From Chloroflexota bacterium (GTDB lineage: Bacteria > Chloroflexota > Limnocylindria > Limnocylindrales > CSP1-4): DNA of 47,242 nucleotides. Each line of letters opens with the position of its first letter. Position 1 is the first letter of the stretch. Both the position numbers and the translations under genes were made by a program. The stretch spans positions 1 to 47,242 of the forward strand of contig JBBEBL010000273.1 in NCBI GenBank assembly GCA_040882345.1, in the 5' to 3' direction. A model generated the notes under the pieces. That model was given only the letters and a program-made list of their open reading frames with translations. It ran no database searches and was not told where the DNA came from. Of the stretch, positions 9,051-16,870 are shown one piece after another.

Positions 9051-10009
9051 GCCGGCAACCACAGCCGCACCGCGAGGGCGGTCAGCGCCAGCAGGGATGA
9101 CAGTCCGAGCAACCCGGGCAGGGCAAGGATCCGCAGCTTCGCGACGCCGGCGTCCACCGTCGCCAGCAGGCCGGCTCCCAAGATGAACTTCCCGGCGGCG
9201 GCCATCACCCCCAGGGCGAGCGCCGGCGCGGTCATCTCGGTCGCCGCTCCGAACGGCATGAAGACGGCGGTGAACAGGCCGAGGACGACGACGAGTCTGA
9301 TCTGCGAGGCATACATCAGGATCGCCAGGCGGCGCCCAGACGCCTCCAGGAGCATGCCCTCATGGATCATCGTCAGCTCCAGGTGCGTGTCCGGGTTATC
9401 AACCGGCTCATGTCCCGTCTCGGCGATGGCCACGATCGCGAACGCGATGAGCGCCAGGACGAGCGCCGGCGTGTACATCGCCAGACCGGCCCCCGCTCCC
9501 TGGCCAGCGATCCCGGCGAGGTCCGTCGTGCCGGCTCCGGCCACGACCACCGCCAGGGCCAGCAGGACGCCAGGTTCCACGAGGCTGGCGATCGCCACGT
9601 CGCGACTCGCCCCCATGCCCCCGAAGGCACTGCCCGCATCGAGGGCGGCCAGGGCGAGGACGAACCTGGCCAGCGCCAGCAGGCCCAGGACGACGAGAAG
9701 GTCACCGCTGCGTTCCAGCGGTGACCGCAGCGCGACGATGGGCAGGATGAGCAACGCGACGATCATGGCCGTGAGGACGATCGCCGGCGCAACGCCGGTC
9801 AGTGGACTGGCCGCATCGCTCTCGACCGCCGTCTTGCCCCACCACTTCCGCAGGTCGTGATACGGCTGCCAGATGGACGGTCCATGCCGGTACTGGAACC
9901 TGGCCTTGACTCGCCGCATCAGGCCGTAGAGCAGGGGCGCACCGCCGAGCGCCAGGACCCCCTGGACGAGCGCCAGCACGAGGCTGGTGGACAGCGACTC
10001 GGCGCTCAT
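9047..10009 (-). CDS. hyfC: Hydrogenase membrane subunit HycD/HyfC (NuoH-like)
   Basis: ORF 9047..10789 trimmed to the ATG at 10009 (MSAESLSTSLVLALVQGVLALGGAPLLYGLMRRVKARFQYRHGPSIWQPYHDL...), a NuoH/HycD-type N-terminus. It forms a TGATG overlap with the hyfB stop. Length is 320 aa. Confidence 0.85.
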   Translation of the reverse strand: MSAESLSTSLVLALVQGVLALGGAPLLYGLMRRVKARFQYRHGPSIWQPYHDLRKWWGKTAVESDAASPLTGVAPAIVLTAMIVALLILPIVALRSPLERSGDLLVVLGLLALARFVLALAALDAGSAFGGMGASRDVAIASLVEPGVLLALAVVVAGAGTTDLAGIAGQGAGAGLAMYTPALVLALIAFAIVAIAETGHEPVDNPDTHLELTMIHEGMLLEASGRRLAILMYASQIRLVVVLGLFTAVFMPFGAATEMTAPALALGVMAAAGKFILGAGLLATVDAGVAKLRILALPGLLGLSSLLALTALAVRLWLPA

Positions 10010-12006
10010 CACCGGAAGACCAGCAGGAGGATGACGAGCGCACCGACGGTGTAGGCCAGATACAGCTGCAGGGTCCCCTGCTGGAGACGACGTGCCGCCT
10101 GGGAAAACGCGATGCTGATCCGGTGCAGGGGGCCGTATAGGCGGGTCTCGATGACGTGGTCGGTCTCGCTCCGGTAGGTGACCCGCCTGGGGAACGTGCC
10201 GCCATCGTGGAACTCCACGATGAGCTCGCGGTCGGGCCGCAGCACCGGCTCGAAGAAGAGCCGGAGCGGCTTGGAGAAGCTCGTCGCCGTGTATTCGAAG
10301 GCGGGCTCGGGGACGATGCCGCAGGTCCACGTCGGGGCGCGTCTCACGCCCCCGGTCCGGGCGCGCGAGATCGCCGTGATCGCCAGGTACAGGACGGTCA
10401 GGACGAGGGCGATAAGCGCCGGCTCGTAGACGCCCAGCGTGATCGGCGCGCGACCCACCGTCTGGGGGCCATCGGACCCGCCACCGACCGACCCGGCGAT
10501 CCCGGCCATGACCGTGCCGACCTGGCCCCCGCCGACGCCCACCGCCACGCATGACAGCGCCAGGACGACCATCGCGCCGCGCATCGACCGTCCGACGTCC
10601 CGCGCGCGGGATGCGGCAGGGCTGCGGGGCAAGGCCAGGAAGGTCATGCCGGTCGCCTTCACGAAGGCCGCCAAGGAGAGCGCCGCGGTCAGCGCGATGG
10701 CGCCGATCGCGAGGTAGCAGGCGAACCGAAGGAGCGGATCGAGGTCCGCATGACCTCCCGCTCCGAGCAGCGCCTGGATCGTCAGCCACTCACTGGCGAA
10801 GCCGTTCAGGGGCGGCAAACCGCTGATCGCGGCAGCCCCGACCCCGAACGCCAGTGCGGTCAGCGGCATCACCCGGGCCAAGCCCCCGAGCCGGTTGAGG
10901 TCGCGCGTGTGGGTTGCGCCCTGGACGGCGCCGGCGCCGAGGAACAAGAGTCCCTTGAACAGGGCGTGGTTGAACGTGTGGAACAGCGCGGCTGCCAGCG
11001 CCAGCACCACGATCGCGGCCGCACCCTCGGTCATGCCGATGAGGGCGACCCCGATCCCGACCAGGATGATCCCCACGTTCTCGATGCTCGAGAACGCGAG
11101 CAGGCGCTTGAGGTCGTGCTCCGCCAGTGCGTAGAGCACGCCGAGCACCGCGGACGCCGCGCCGATCACGACGACCAGGAGCCCCCACCACGCGGGCCCC
11201 GGGCCGAGGAATTCGATCCCGAACCGGATGATCCCGAAGATCCCGGTCTTGATCATCACCCCGGACATCAAGGCCGAGATGTGGGATGGCGCCACCGGGT
11301 GGGCTCGTGGCAGCCAGATGTGCAGCGGCATCATGCCTGCCTTGGTCCCGAACCCGATGAGCAGCAAGACGAACAGCACGTCCCGGAGCCTGCCGTCCAT
11401 GGTCGCCGCGGCCGCACCCCACGCCGAGAAGTCCAGGGAGCCGGCCGCCGCCGACCAGGCGGCGAATGCCACGGCGATCGCGGCCGTCGCCACGTGCGTC
11501 ATCACCAGGTACACGTAGCCCGCCCGAGCGACCGCGCGCGACGGCCGGGATCCGATGACCAGGACCGCGGACGCGATCGCCATCGCCTCCCAGGCGAACA
11601 GGAAACTGAACGCGCTGGCCGACCCGAACACGAGGGCCATGCTGGCGAGGAACAGGACGTGGGCCATCGGGTCTATGCGGGACCGCGCAGCATCGTAGTA
11701 TCCGATGCCGTAGACCGAGGCCGCCGCGCCGACGACACCGAGCACGATCAGGAACAGACCCGCGAGGCCGTCGTACCGGACGTCGATCAGCGCGTAACCA
11801 AGGACCTCGCTCGCGCGGAACGCGACGCTGGGACCCACGATCAGCGCACCACCGCCAAGGGCCAGCAGGACGCAGGCGATGGTGACCGCGATCATCGTAG
11901 GCCGATGTCCCGGCCATGCGGCGGCCGTGACGCCGGCGACCAGGAACCAGGCGGCGGCGGCCGCGAGCGCGACCGGCGCGAACGTATCGGCTCCACCCAC
12001 CAGCAT
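10009..12006 (-). CDS. hyfB: Hydrogenase membrane subunit HyfB/HycC (NuoL-type antiporter-like)
   Basis: ORF 10009..12006, 665 aa, polytopic. It carries GFGTKAGMMPLHIWLPRAHPVAPSHISALMSGVMIKTG, the antiporter-like subunit signature. AGAGG SD upstream of the ATG at 12006. Confidence 0.85.
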   Translation of the reverse strand: MLVGGADTFAPVALAAAAAWFLVAGVTAAAWPGHRPTMIAVTIACVLLALGGGALIVGPSVAFRASEVLGYALIDVRYDGLAGLFLIVLGVVGAAASVYGIGYYDAARSRIDPMAHVLFLASMALVFGSASAFSFLFAWEAMAIASAVLVIGSRPSRAVARAGYVYLVMTHVATAAIAVAFAAWSAAAGSLDFSAWGAAAATMDGRLRDVLFVLLLIGFGTKAGMMPLHIWLPRAHPVAPSHISALMSGVMIKTGIFGIIRFGIEFLGPGPAWWGLLVVVIGAASAVLGVLYALAEHDLKRLLAFSSIENVGIILVGIGVALIGMTEGAAAIVVLALAAALFHTFNHALFKGLLFLGAGAVQGATHTRDLNRLGGLARVMPLTALAFGVGAAAISGLPPLNGFASEWLTIQALLGAGGHADLDPLLRFACYLAIGAIALTAALSLAAFVKATGMTFLALPRSPAASRARDVGRSMRGAMVVLALSCVAVGVGGGQVGTVMAGIAGSVGGGSDGPQTVGRAPITLGVYEPALIALVLTVLYLAITAISRARTGGVRRAPTWTCGIVPEPAFEYTATSFSKPLRLFFEPVLRPDRELIVEFHDGGTFPRRVTYRSETDHVIETRLYGPLHRISIAFSQAARRLQQGTLQLYLAYTVGALVILLLVFR

Positions 12007-12071
12007 GCGACCTCTGACAACCGAGTACCCGCGAATCGGCCGAAGGACGCCGTCCGTTATGGGCTGTTTCT

Positions 12072-12099
12072 ACTATATTCAGAAAGTCAGAGATTGCAA
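12072..12099 (-). promoter_or_regulatory. Predicted sigma70-type promoter of the hyf operon
   Basis: On the minus strand this reads TTGCAA (12094..12099), 16 nt spacer, TATAGT (12072..12077), in a locally AT-richer patch. It would give a leader of about 60 nt ending in the AGAGG SD. Confidence 0.4.
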
Positions 12100-12146
12100 C
12101 CGAGGTGAAACGCGACGCGTCCGCCGAAGCAGCCGACATCACGACC

Positions 12147-12234
12147 TGGTAGGCGAGAGAGGGGTCGAACCTCCACGTCCCTCACGGGACACCGGCTCCT
12201 AAGGCCGGCGCGTCTGCCATTCCGCCACTCGCCC
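12147..12234 (-). tRNA. tRNA-Leu (anticodon UAG), type II long variable arm, CCA encoded
   Basis: Reverse complement: GGGCGAGTGGCGGAATGGCAGACGCGCCGGCCTTAGGAGCCGGTGTCCCGTGAGGGACGTGGAGGTTCGACCCCTCTCTCGCCTACCA. I folded it by hand. The 7-bp acceptor stem has G1-U72. The anticodon stem is CCGGC/GCCGG with loop CTTAGGA, giving anticodon TAG. The variable arm is GTCCC-GTGA-GGGAC. The T-arm is GGAGG-TTCGACC-CCTCT. Confidence 0.9.
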
Positions 12235-12246
12235 GTGGAGGGGAGT

Positions 12247-12813
12247 CTAGCGCGGGTCCGGCGCATCCTCAGCGGGATCGGCCTCGCGCCGGCGCGCTGC
12301 CTCTCGCTCCATGCGCTCGCGGACCTGGGCAAGCCGGGCGGAGAAGCCTGCTTCGTCCGGCGACGCCAGGAACTTCGCGACAGCTTTCGCGCCGCGGGCG
12401 AGGAGCGGCGCGGCCGCGGCCGCGAACAGCGCATTCCGCTGGCTCTTGCGGCCCTTCTCCGTCTGGCGGACGTATCCGGCGAAGTCCCGTTCCAACGCAC
12501 CGCGGACCTTCTCTCCGTCGTCGCCCAGCTTGCGAAGCGTCTTCTCGATCTCGTCCGGGAGCATCCGTTCCGGAAGATCGGCCTGCTCACCCTTCACGGC
12601 GCGGCGGGCGGCGCGAAATAGCCGTTGCGGGCCCTTGAGCGCGAGGAAGCCGAGCCCGCCGGCGGCAGCCGCGGCCTTGGCCGGACTCCGGCGGATCCGT
12701 GCCGGGATATCGATGGCCGCGCGTCCCGAGGCCTCCAGCCGCTGGAGTTCTTCCTCGAGCTCGGCGCGGGCCGCTAGGACCCGATCCCGGGCGGCATCCG
12801 TTGGCGTAGCCAC
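12247..12813 (-). CDS. Hypothetical coiled-coil / single-TM protein (resembles actinobacterial DUF3618-type proteins; uncertain)
   Basis: ORF 12247..12924 trimmed to the GTG at 12813 (AAGGAG SD 8 nt upstream): VATPTDAARDRVLAARAELEEELQRLE... followed by the hydrophobic stretch AKAAAAAGGLGFLAL. It overlaps the upstream gene by 40 nt. Confidence 0.45.
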   Translation of the reverse strand: MATPTDAARDRVLAARAELEEELQRLEASGRAAIDIPARIRRSPAKAAAAAGGLGFLALKGPQRLFRAARRAVKGEQADLPERMLPDEIEKTLRKLGDDGEKVRGALERDFAGYVRQTEKGRKSQRNALFAAAAAPLLARGAKAVAKFLASPDEAGFSARLAQVRERMEREAARRREADPAEDAPDPR

Positions 12814-13511
12814 TCGAGTGTCTCCTTGCTGGTGTCGATGGTCTGGGTTGGCATGAACCGTGCCTTGAGCGCCTCCAGGTCGACGCCGCTCCGCGCGACG
12901 TCGGCTGCCAGCAACGCGGCCCACGCCGCGAAGCCGACGGCGATGCCGATGCCGATGCCGACCTGTGGCCCGAAGGTGATGGCCGTGAAGGCCCCGACCG
13001 CTGCGCCCAGGATGGCGAGGCCGATCAGGCCGACGAAGCGGCCGCTCCCCGAGGTCAGGCGGAGGGCCAGCAGGGCACCGATCACGAGGCCGGTGAGCGC
13101 ACCCGCGAACGTGCCGACCACGAGCGGGCGGACACCGGACTCCACGCCCGGCAGGACCTCCGACCCGATCGCCGCGTAGAGGCGGTTCGGGGCGTCAAGG
13201 CCCAGGACGACGGCGACGACCACGCCGATCACGACCGCACCGATGAACGCGCGGCCGATCCGCGCGGCCGACACCCCGAGCGCCGCGAGGACCATGGTCA
13301 CGGCTGCAGCGATCGCGAACAGCAGCCCGTGGAGGACGCCCCAGCCCATGGAGCCGAGGAGCCATTCCCCTAGGAAGAGCGCCATGCCGATGAAGACAAG
13401 GAGGAGGGCGAGCACGACGACGGCCACGGCACAGCCGATGAGGCCGGCCATGCGGGCGACCTGGCCGCCTATGGCCGACGCTTCCGCCTTCGCCAGCTCG
13501 ACGTGGGCCAT
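12774..13511 (-). CDS. Integral membrane protein (Gly/Ala/Val-rich, about 6 TM; possibly Holin-X-like family, uncertain)
   Basis: ORF 12774..13511. MAHVELAKAEASAIGGQVARMAGLIGCAVAVVVLALLLVFIG... is followed by repeated hydrophobic segments. It is paired with the coiled-coil gene downstream. Confidence 0.55.
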   Translation of the reverse strand: MAHVELAKAEASAIGGQVARMAGLIGCAVAVVVLALLLVFIGMALFLGEWLLGSMGWGVLHGLLFAIAAAVTMVLAALGVSAARIGRAFIGAVVIGVVVAVVLGLDAPNRLYAAIGSEVLPGVESGVRPLVVGTFAGALTGLVIGALLALRLTSGSGRFVGLIGLAILGAAVGAFTAITFGPQVGIGIGIAVGFAAWAALLAADVARSGVDLEALKARFMPTQTIDTSKETLEWLRQRMPPGIGS

Positions 13512-13738
13512 GAGCAGGCTCTTGGCGGCATCGCGCGTCGACCCGAGCTGCGCGCGCAGACCGGGCGGCGGTGGCGGATCGCGTCGAGGGTCGTTCAGGA
13601 TGCTGCTCCAGGGACATCTGCCGGCACGCCCAGGGACTCGGGCACGGTGGGCCCCGGCGTTGCGATGATACCGCCCCTGACGGACGCCGGCCCTCCGGGG
13701 AGCGCCGCCGGCATCACAGGACCGTTACGCTGCGCGGC

Positions 13739-14947
13739 ATGTCCGACCTGCCACCCACCGGCCGCATCCTGACCGCCGAGGTCCTCAGCATCGGCTCGGA
13801 GCTGCTGGTCGGAGAGACGCGCGATACGAATGCCGGCGAGCTCGCGGCATCGCTGACGACCGCCGGCGTGCGGGTAGAGCGGATCACGGCGGTACCGGAC
13901 CGGCTGGAGGTCGTCACGGACGCGTTCGCGGCCGGTCTGCGCCGCGCCGGCCTGGTCGTCTCCACGGGCGGCCTTGGCCCCACGCCGGACGACCTGACCC
14001 GTGAGGCGATCGCCGTCGTGTGCGGCGAGACGCCGTCCGTCGACCCGGACCTGGAGCGCTGGCTCCGGGACCTGTGGGCTCGCCGATCCCTGCCGTTCCC
14101 TGGATCGAACCGCAAGCAGGCCTGGCTGATCCCGTCCGCCCACGCCATGCCCAACCCCAACGGCACGGCGCCGGGTTGGTTCGTGACCCCACCCAGTGGC
14201 GGCGTGATCGTGGCCATGCCGGGTCCACCGCGGGAGATGCGGCCGATGTGGGAGGACCACGCCAGGCCGCGACTCCACGCCCTCGGGCTCGGGGCGGATG
14301 TCGCGGCGCGAACCTATCGATTGACCGGTATCGGGGAGTCGCAGGTCGCCGAGATCCTTGGCGACGCCTTGCTGCGTCGGGCCAACCCGGAAGTGGCGAC
14401 GTACGCCCGAGCGGAGGCGGTTGATGTCCGCGTCTCCGCGGTCGCGGATCTCGGGGTCAGTGCCGCCGACCTGGTCTCCGAGACGGCGGCCATCGTGGAA
14501 GAGCGCCTTGGCCGCTTCGTCTGGGCGACCGGCGCCACGACCTGGTCGCAGGCCCTGGGAGCACGGCTCGCGGACCTTGGCTGGCGACTGGCCATCACGG
14601 AGACGGGGACCCACGGTCAGGTCGCGGCGGTCCTTGGCGACGTGGACTGGATCGCCCTCGACGAGATCCACGGAACGAGTTCGGCCAACGGCGGCCAGCC
14701 GTCGGATGACGCGCTGTTGGCCGAGGCTCGGCGGGTCCGGACGGCCTCCGGCGCAGAACTCGGCGTCGCCGTCCACGCGCACGAACGTGAGCGCGAGCGA
14801 GACACCATCGTGACCGTGGCGATCGTGACCCCGGCCGGTGAGGTCGTGGAGCGGCGGACCGCGTTCCTTGGCGGCAGCCTGGGCCGGACCCGCGCGGCCC
14901 TCGCGGTCGCGGCGGCGCTGCTCACTTCCATCCACAAGGACGGCTGA
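13739..14947 (+). CDS. cinA: CinA-family competence/damage-inducible protein (MoCF-type N-domain plus divergent CinA C-domain)
   Basis: ORF 13571..14947 trimmed to the ATG at 13739. ILTAEVLSIGSELLVGETRDTNAGELAASL...VVSTGGLGPTPDDLTREA...NPNGTAPGW is a classic CinA N-terminal domain. TACGCT lies 7 nt upstream of the ATG and there is no SD. Confidence 0.85.
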   Translation: MSDLPPTGRILTAEVLSIGSELLVGETRDTNAGELAASLTTAGVRVERITAVPDRLEVVTDAFAAGLRRAGLVVSTGGLGPTPDDLTREAIAVVCGETPSVDPDLERWLRDLWARRSLPFPGSNRKQAWLIPSAHAMPNPNGTAPGWFVTPPSGGVIVAMPGPPREMRPMWEDHARPRLHALGLGADVAARTYRLTGIGESQVAEILGDALLRRANPEVATYARAEAVDVRVSAVADLGVSAADLVSETAAIVEERLGRFVWATGATTWSQALGARLADLGWRLAITETGTHGQVAAVLGDVDWIALDEIHGTSSANGGQPSDDALLAEARRVRTASGAELGVAVHAHERERERDTIVTVAIVTPAGEVVERRTAFLGGSLGRTRAALAVAAALLTSIHKDG

Positions 14948-14977
14948 CGCCCGACAGACGCAGGAGCGGGCGTGGTC

Positions 14978-14996
14978 GGGTGCAGAACATGCACCC
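14978..14996 (+). terminator. Hairpin downstream of cinA (GGGTGCA-GAACA-TGCACCC)
   Basis: Perfect 7-bp inverted repeat with a 5-nt loop, 31 nt after the cinA stop. There is no U-tract. Confidence 0.3.
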
Positions 14997-15150
14997 GCGG
15001 ATCGCTATGGCCGCTGTCATGCCCGTGCACATCCCTACCGTGCATCGGGTGACCGCTATGGCGCGATCAGGCCGTGTCTGCGGCCCGCGTCGGCCGTACG
15101 CGTCCCCGGGTGACCGTCATGTCATCCGGTAGGGGGCCTGCCCCGACGGC

Positions 15151-15177
15151 CCCGGCGGTCCCGGCGGTCCCGGCGGT
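15151..15177. repeat. Perfect 9-bp tandem repeat (CCCGGCGGT x3)
   Basis: Read directly: cccggcggt at 15151, 15160 and 15169. It lies in the convergent intergenic region just 3' of the Crp-family gene stop. Confidence 0.85.
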
Positions 15178-15194
15178 TCCGGGCGATCGATGGG

Positions 15195-15893
15195 CTACCG
15201 ATGCGCGGTGGCCATCAGGCCATCCACGTCCGTCACGACGATCCCATCGCGCTCGAGGCGGATAAGGCCGGCGTCTGTGAACTGACCGAGCAGCTTGTTC
15301 ACGCTCTGGCGCGTGCAGCCGACCATCGCCGCAAGATCGCCCTGGGTCAGGCTGGCACGCAGCCGGATGGCCCCGCCGGCGGTCGGCGATCCGCCCTCCT
15401 GGGCGAGACGGACGAGCCGCGCCGCCAGGCGGCCCGTGATGTCCAGGAAGTGGAGGTCCTCCACGTGCCGCGTCAGCCGACGCAGCTCCCCAGCGATGGC
15501 ACTGAGCAGCGCGTCACGGACCCCGGCCTCCGTGGCGATGAGCTCCCGGAACTGGTCACGCGGCAGGACGACGACGTCAGTGGGACCAAGAGCGGTCGCA
15601 CTCGCCGAGCGCGGCGCGCCGTCCAGGAGGGCGAGTTCCCCGAACACGTCTCCGACCCCGAGCGTGGTGAGGATCGCCTCTTCGCCGGTCTCTGACGGCA
15701 GCGAGATCTTCACGTCCCCGGACAGGATCACGAACAGGGCATCTCCGGGATCGCCGATGTGAAAGATCACCTCGCCCCGACGGAAGCGCCGAGATCGCAT
15801 CGAGGCGCCCAGTCGCTCCAGGGCGGCCGCGTCAAGCCCGCCGAAGAACGGGATCGTGCCGAGCGACTCCAGGACCGTCGCATTGAGCGGCAT
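15195..15893 (-). CDS. Crp/Fnr-family cNMP-binding transcriptional regulator
   Basis: ORF 15195..15974 trimmed to the ATG at 15893 (MPLNATVLESLGTIPFFGGL...). The cNMP-binding domain shows FGELALLDGAPRSASATA. The C-terminal HTH is TQGDLAAMVGCTRQSVNKLLGQF. TAGGAT lies 7 nt upstream of the ATG and could be a -10 box or a weak SD. Confidence 0.85.
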   Translation of the reverse strand: MPLNATVLESLGTIPFFGGLDAAALERLGASMRSRRFRRGEVIFHIGDPGDALFVILSGDVKISLPSETGEEAILTTLGVGDVFGELALLDGAPRSASATALGPTDVVVLPRDQFRELIATEAGVRDALLSAIAGELRRLTRHVEDLHFLDITGRLAARLVRLAQEGGSPTAGGAIRLRASLTQGDLAAMVGCTRQSVNKLLGQFTDAGLIRLERDGIVVTDVDGLMATAHR

Positions 15894-16039
15894 GTGACCC
15901 ATCCTACCGGGCGCGTACATCTTCCATGGACTCCGGGCGCGCCGCGCACGGGCCGAGGTCGCCGCGACTGTCACACAGCCGACACGGTCAGCGTCAGCCG
16001 GGCGCGCCGAGCGGAGTCGTCAGGCCCTAGCATGCGGGC

Positions 16040-16852
16040 ATGCGCGACGTTCTCGGAGACCGCCTCCGTCTCACCGTCCTCGGCTGCAGTACCGCCGCAC
16101 CCCATCCAGCGACGCCGGCTGCCGGGTTCCTCGTGGAATGGGGATCCACGGCCGTGCTCCTGGACATGGGCCAGGGCGTCATCCGGAACCTCCAGCAGGT
16201 CCTGGATCCGCACGACCTGGCCGCGGTCATCGTGGGTCACATGCACGCCGACCACTACCTCGACATCGTCGGACTCCGCTACCTCTATCCCTGGGGTGTC
16301 CCCGCACCGCATCCGTTGCCGGTCCACCTGCCCCCGGGCGGGCGGCAACGCCTGGACGCCCTGGCCACGGCCGTGTCCGAACGCGCGGGCTTCTTCGATG
16401 CGGCGTTCACGGCGGTGGAGTTCGATCCGGAGACCGAGCTCGACATCGATCCGCTCCGCGTCCGCTTCGTTCGTGGTCGCCATTACGTCCCTGCCTGGGG
16501 CGTCGTGGTCGAGGCGCCGGACGGGTCACGCCTGGGCTATACCGGCGACACCGGCCCATCCGACTCGGTCATCGCCGCGATGCGCGACGTGGACCTGCTC
16601 GTCGTGGAGGCCGCGCTCCAGACATCCGCGTTCGACGACGAGGAGCGCGGCCACCTCACGGCCGAGGAAGCGCTGGATCTCGCCCGTCGGGCCCACGCCC
16701 GGTCCACGCTGCTCGTCCACTACGGACCGGACCGACGTGCGGAACTCGAAGCGCTGTGCGCGGCGTCAGGCATCACGGCTCGACCTGCCGTGGACGGCAC
16801 CGTGGTGACCGTCACCGCGGGCTTCAACGTCGAGGTGGCCACGGTCGCCTGA
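16040..16852 (+). CDS. MBL-fold metallo-hydrolase (RNase Z / atypical class II cNMP phosphodiesterase-like)
   Basis: ORF 16040..16852, 270 aa. LRLTVLGCS... then HMHADHYLD (an HxHxDH motif), with later GDTG and HY motifs. TAGCAT lies 6 nt upstream of the ATG and there is no SD. Confidence 0.8.
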   Translation: MRDVLGDRLRLTVLGCSTAAPHPATPAAGFLVEWGSTAVLLDMGQGVIRNLQQVLDPHDLAAVIVGHMHADHYLDIVGLRYLYPWGVPAPHPLPVHLPPGGRQRLDALATAVSERAGFFDAAFTAVEFDPETELDIDPLRVRFVRGRHYVPAWGVVVEAPDGSRLGYTGDTGPSDSVIAAMRDVDLLVVEAALQTSAFDDEERGHLTAEEALDLARRAHARSTLLVHYGPDRRAELEALCAASGITARPAVDGTVVTVTAGFNVEVATVA

Positions 16853-16855
16853 GGC

Positions 16856-16870
16856 CGAGGCTCAGCCTCG
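16856..16870. terminator. Bidirectional hairpin between convergent genes (CGAGGCT-C-AGCCTCG)
   Basis: Perfect 7-bp palindrome. It begins 4 nt after the MBL-gene stop (16850..16852) and spans the cyclase stop (16862..16864). The convergent gap between the two genes is only 9 nt. Confidence 0.4.

Noticed and set aside
4595-12006. Alternative reading as a respiratory complex I (nuo) fragment or an Mrp antiporter.
   Set aside because: The large subunit retains both Ni-Fe Cys pairs, which NuoD lacks. The subunit set and order match hyf/hyc. No NuoE/F/G-type NADH module is present.
4145-12234. Hydrogenase cluster as a tRNA-Leu-linked genomic island.
   Set aside because: The operon does abut the 3' end of the tRNA. 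However, I found no integrase or recombinase, and no direct repeat of the tRNA 3' end near 3.2-4.6 kb. By eye there is no obvious compositional break apart from the promoters.
13195-13617. 140-aa minus-strand ORF overlapping the 5' part of the membrane-protein gene and the upstream spacer.
   Set aside because: It is out of frame with the hydrophobic, clearly membrane-type ORF 12774..13511. Its translation is Arg/Pro/Gly-rich and it has no SD.
15961-15990. Possible CRP-binding site (gTCACAcagccgACACGg) in the crp-like / MBL divergent region.
   Set aside because: Only one TCACA half-site is present. There is no TGTGA partner at the N6 spacing, so this is too weak to call.
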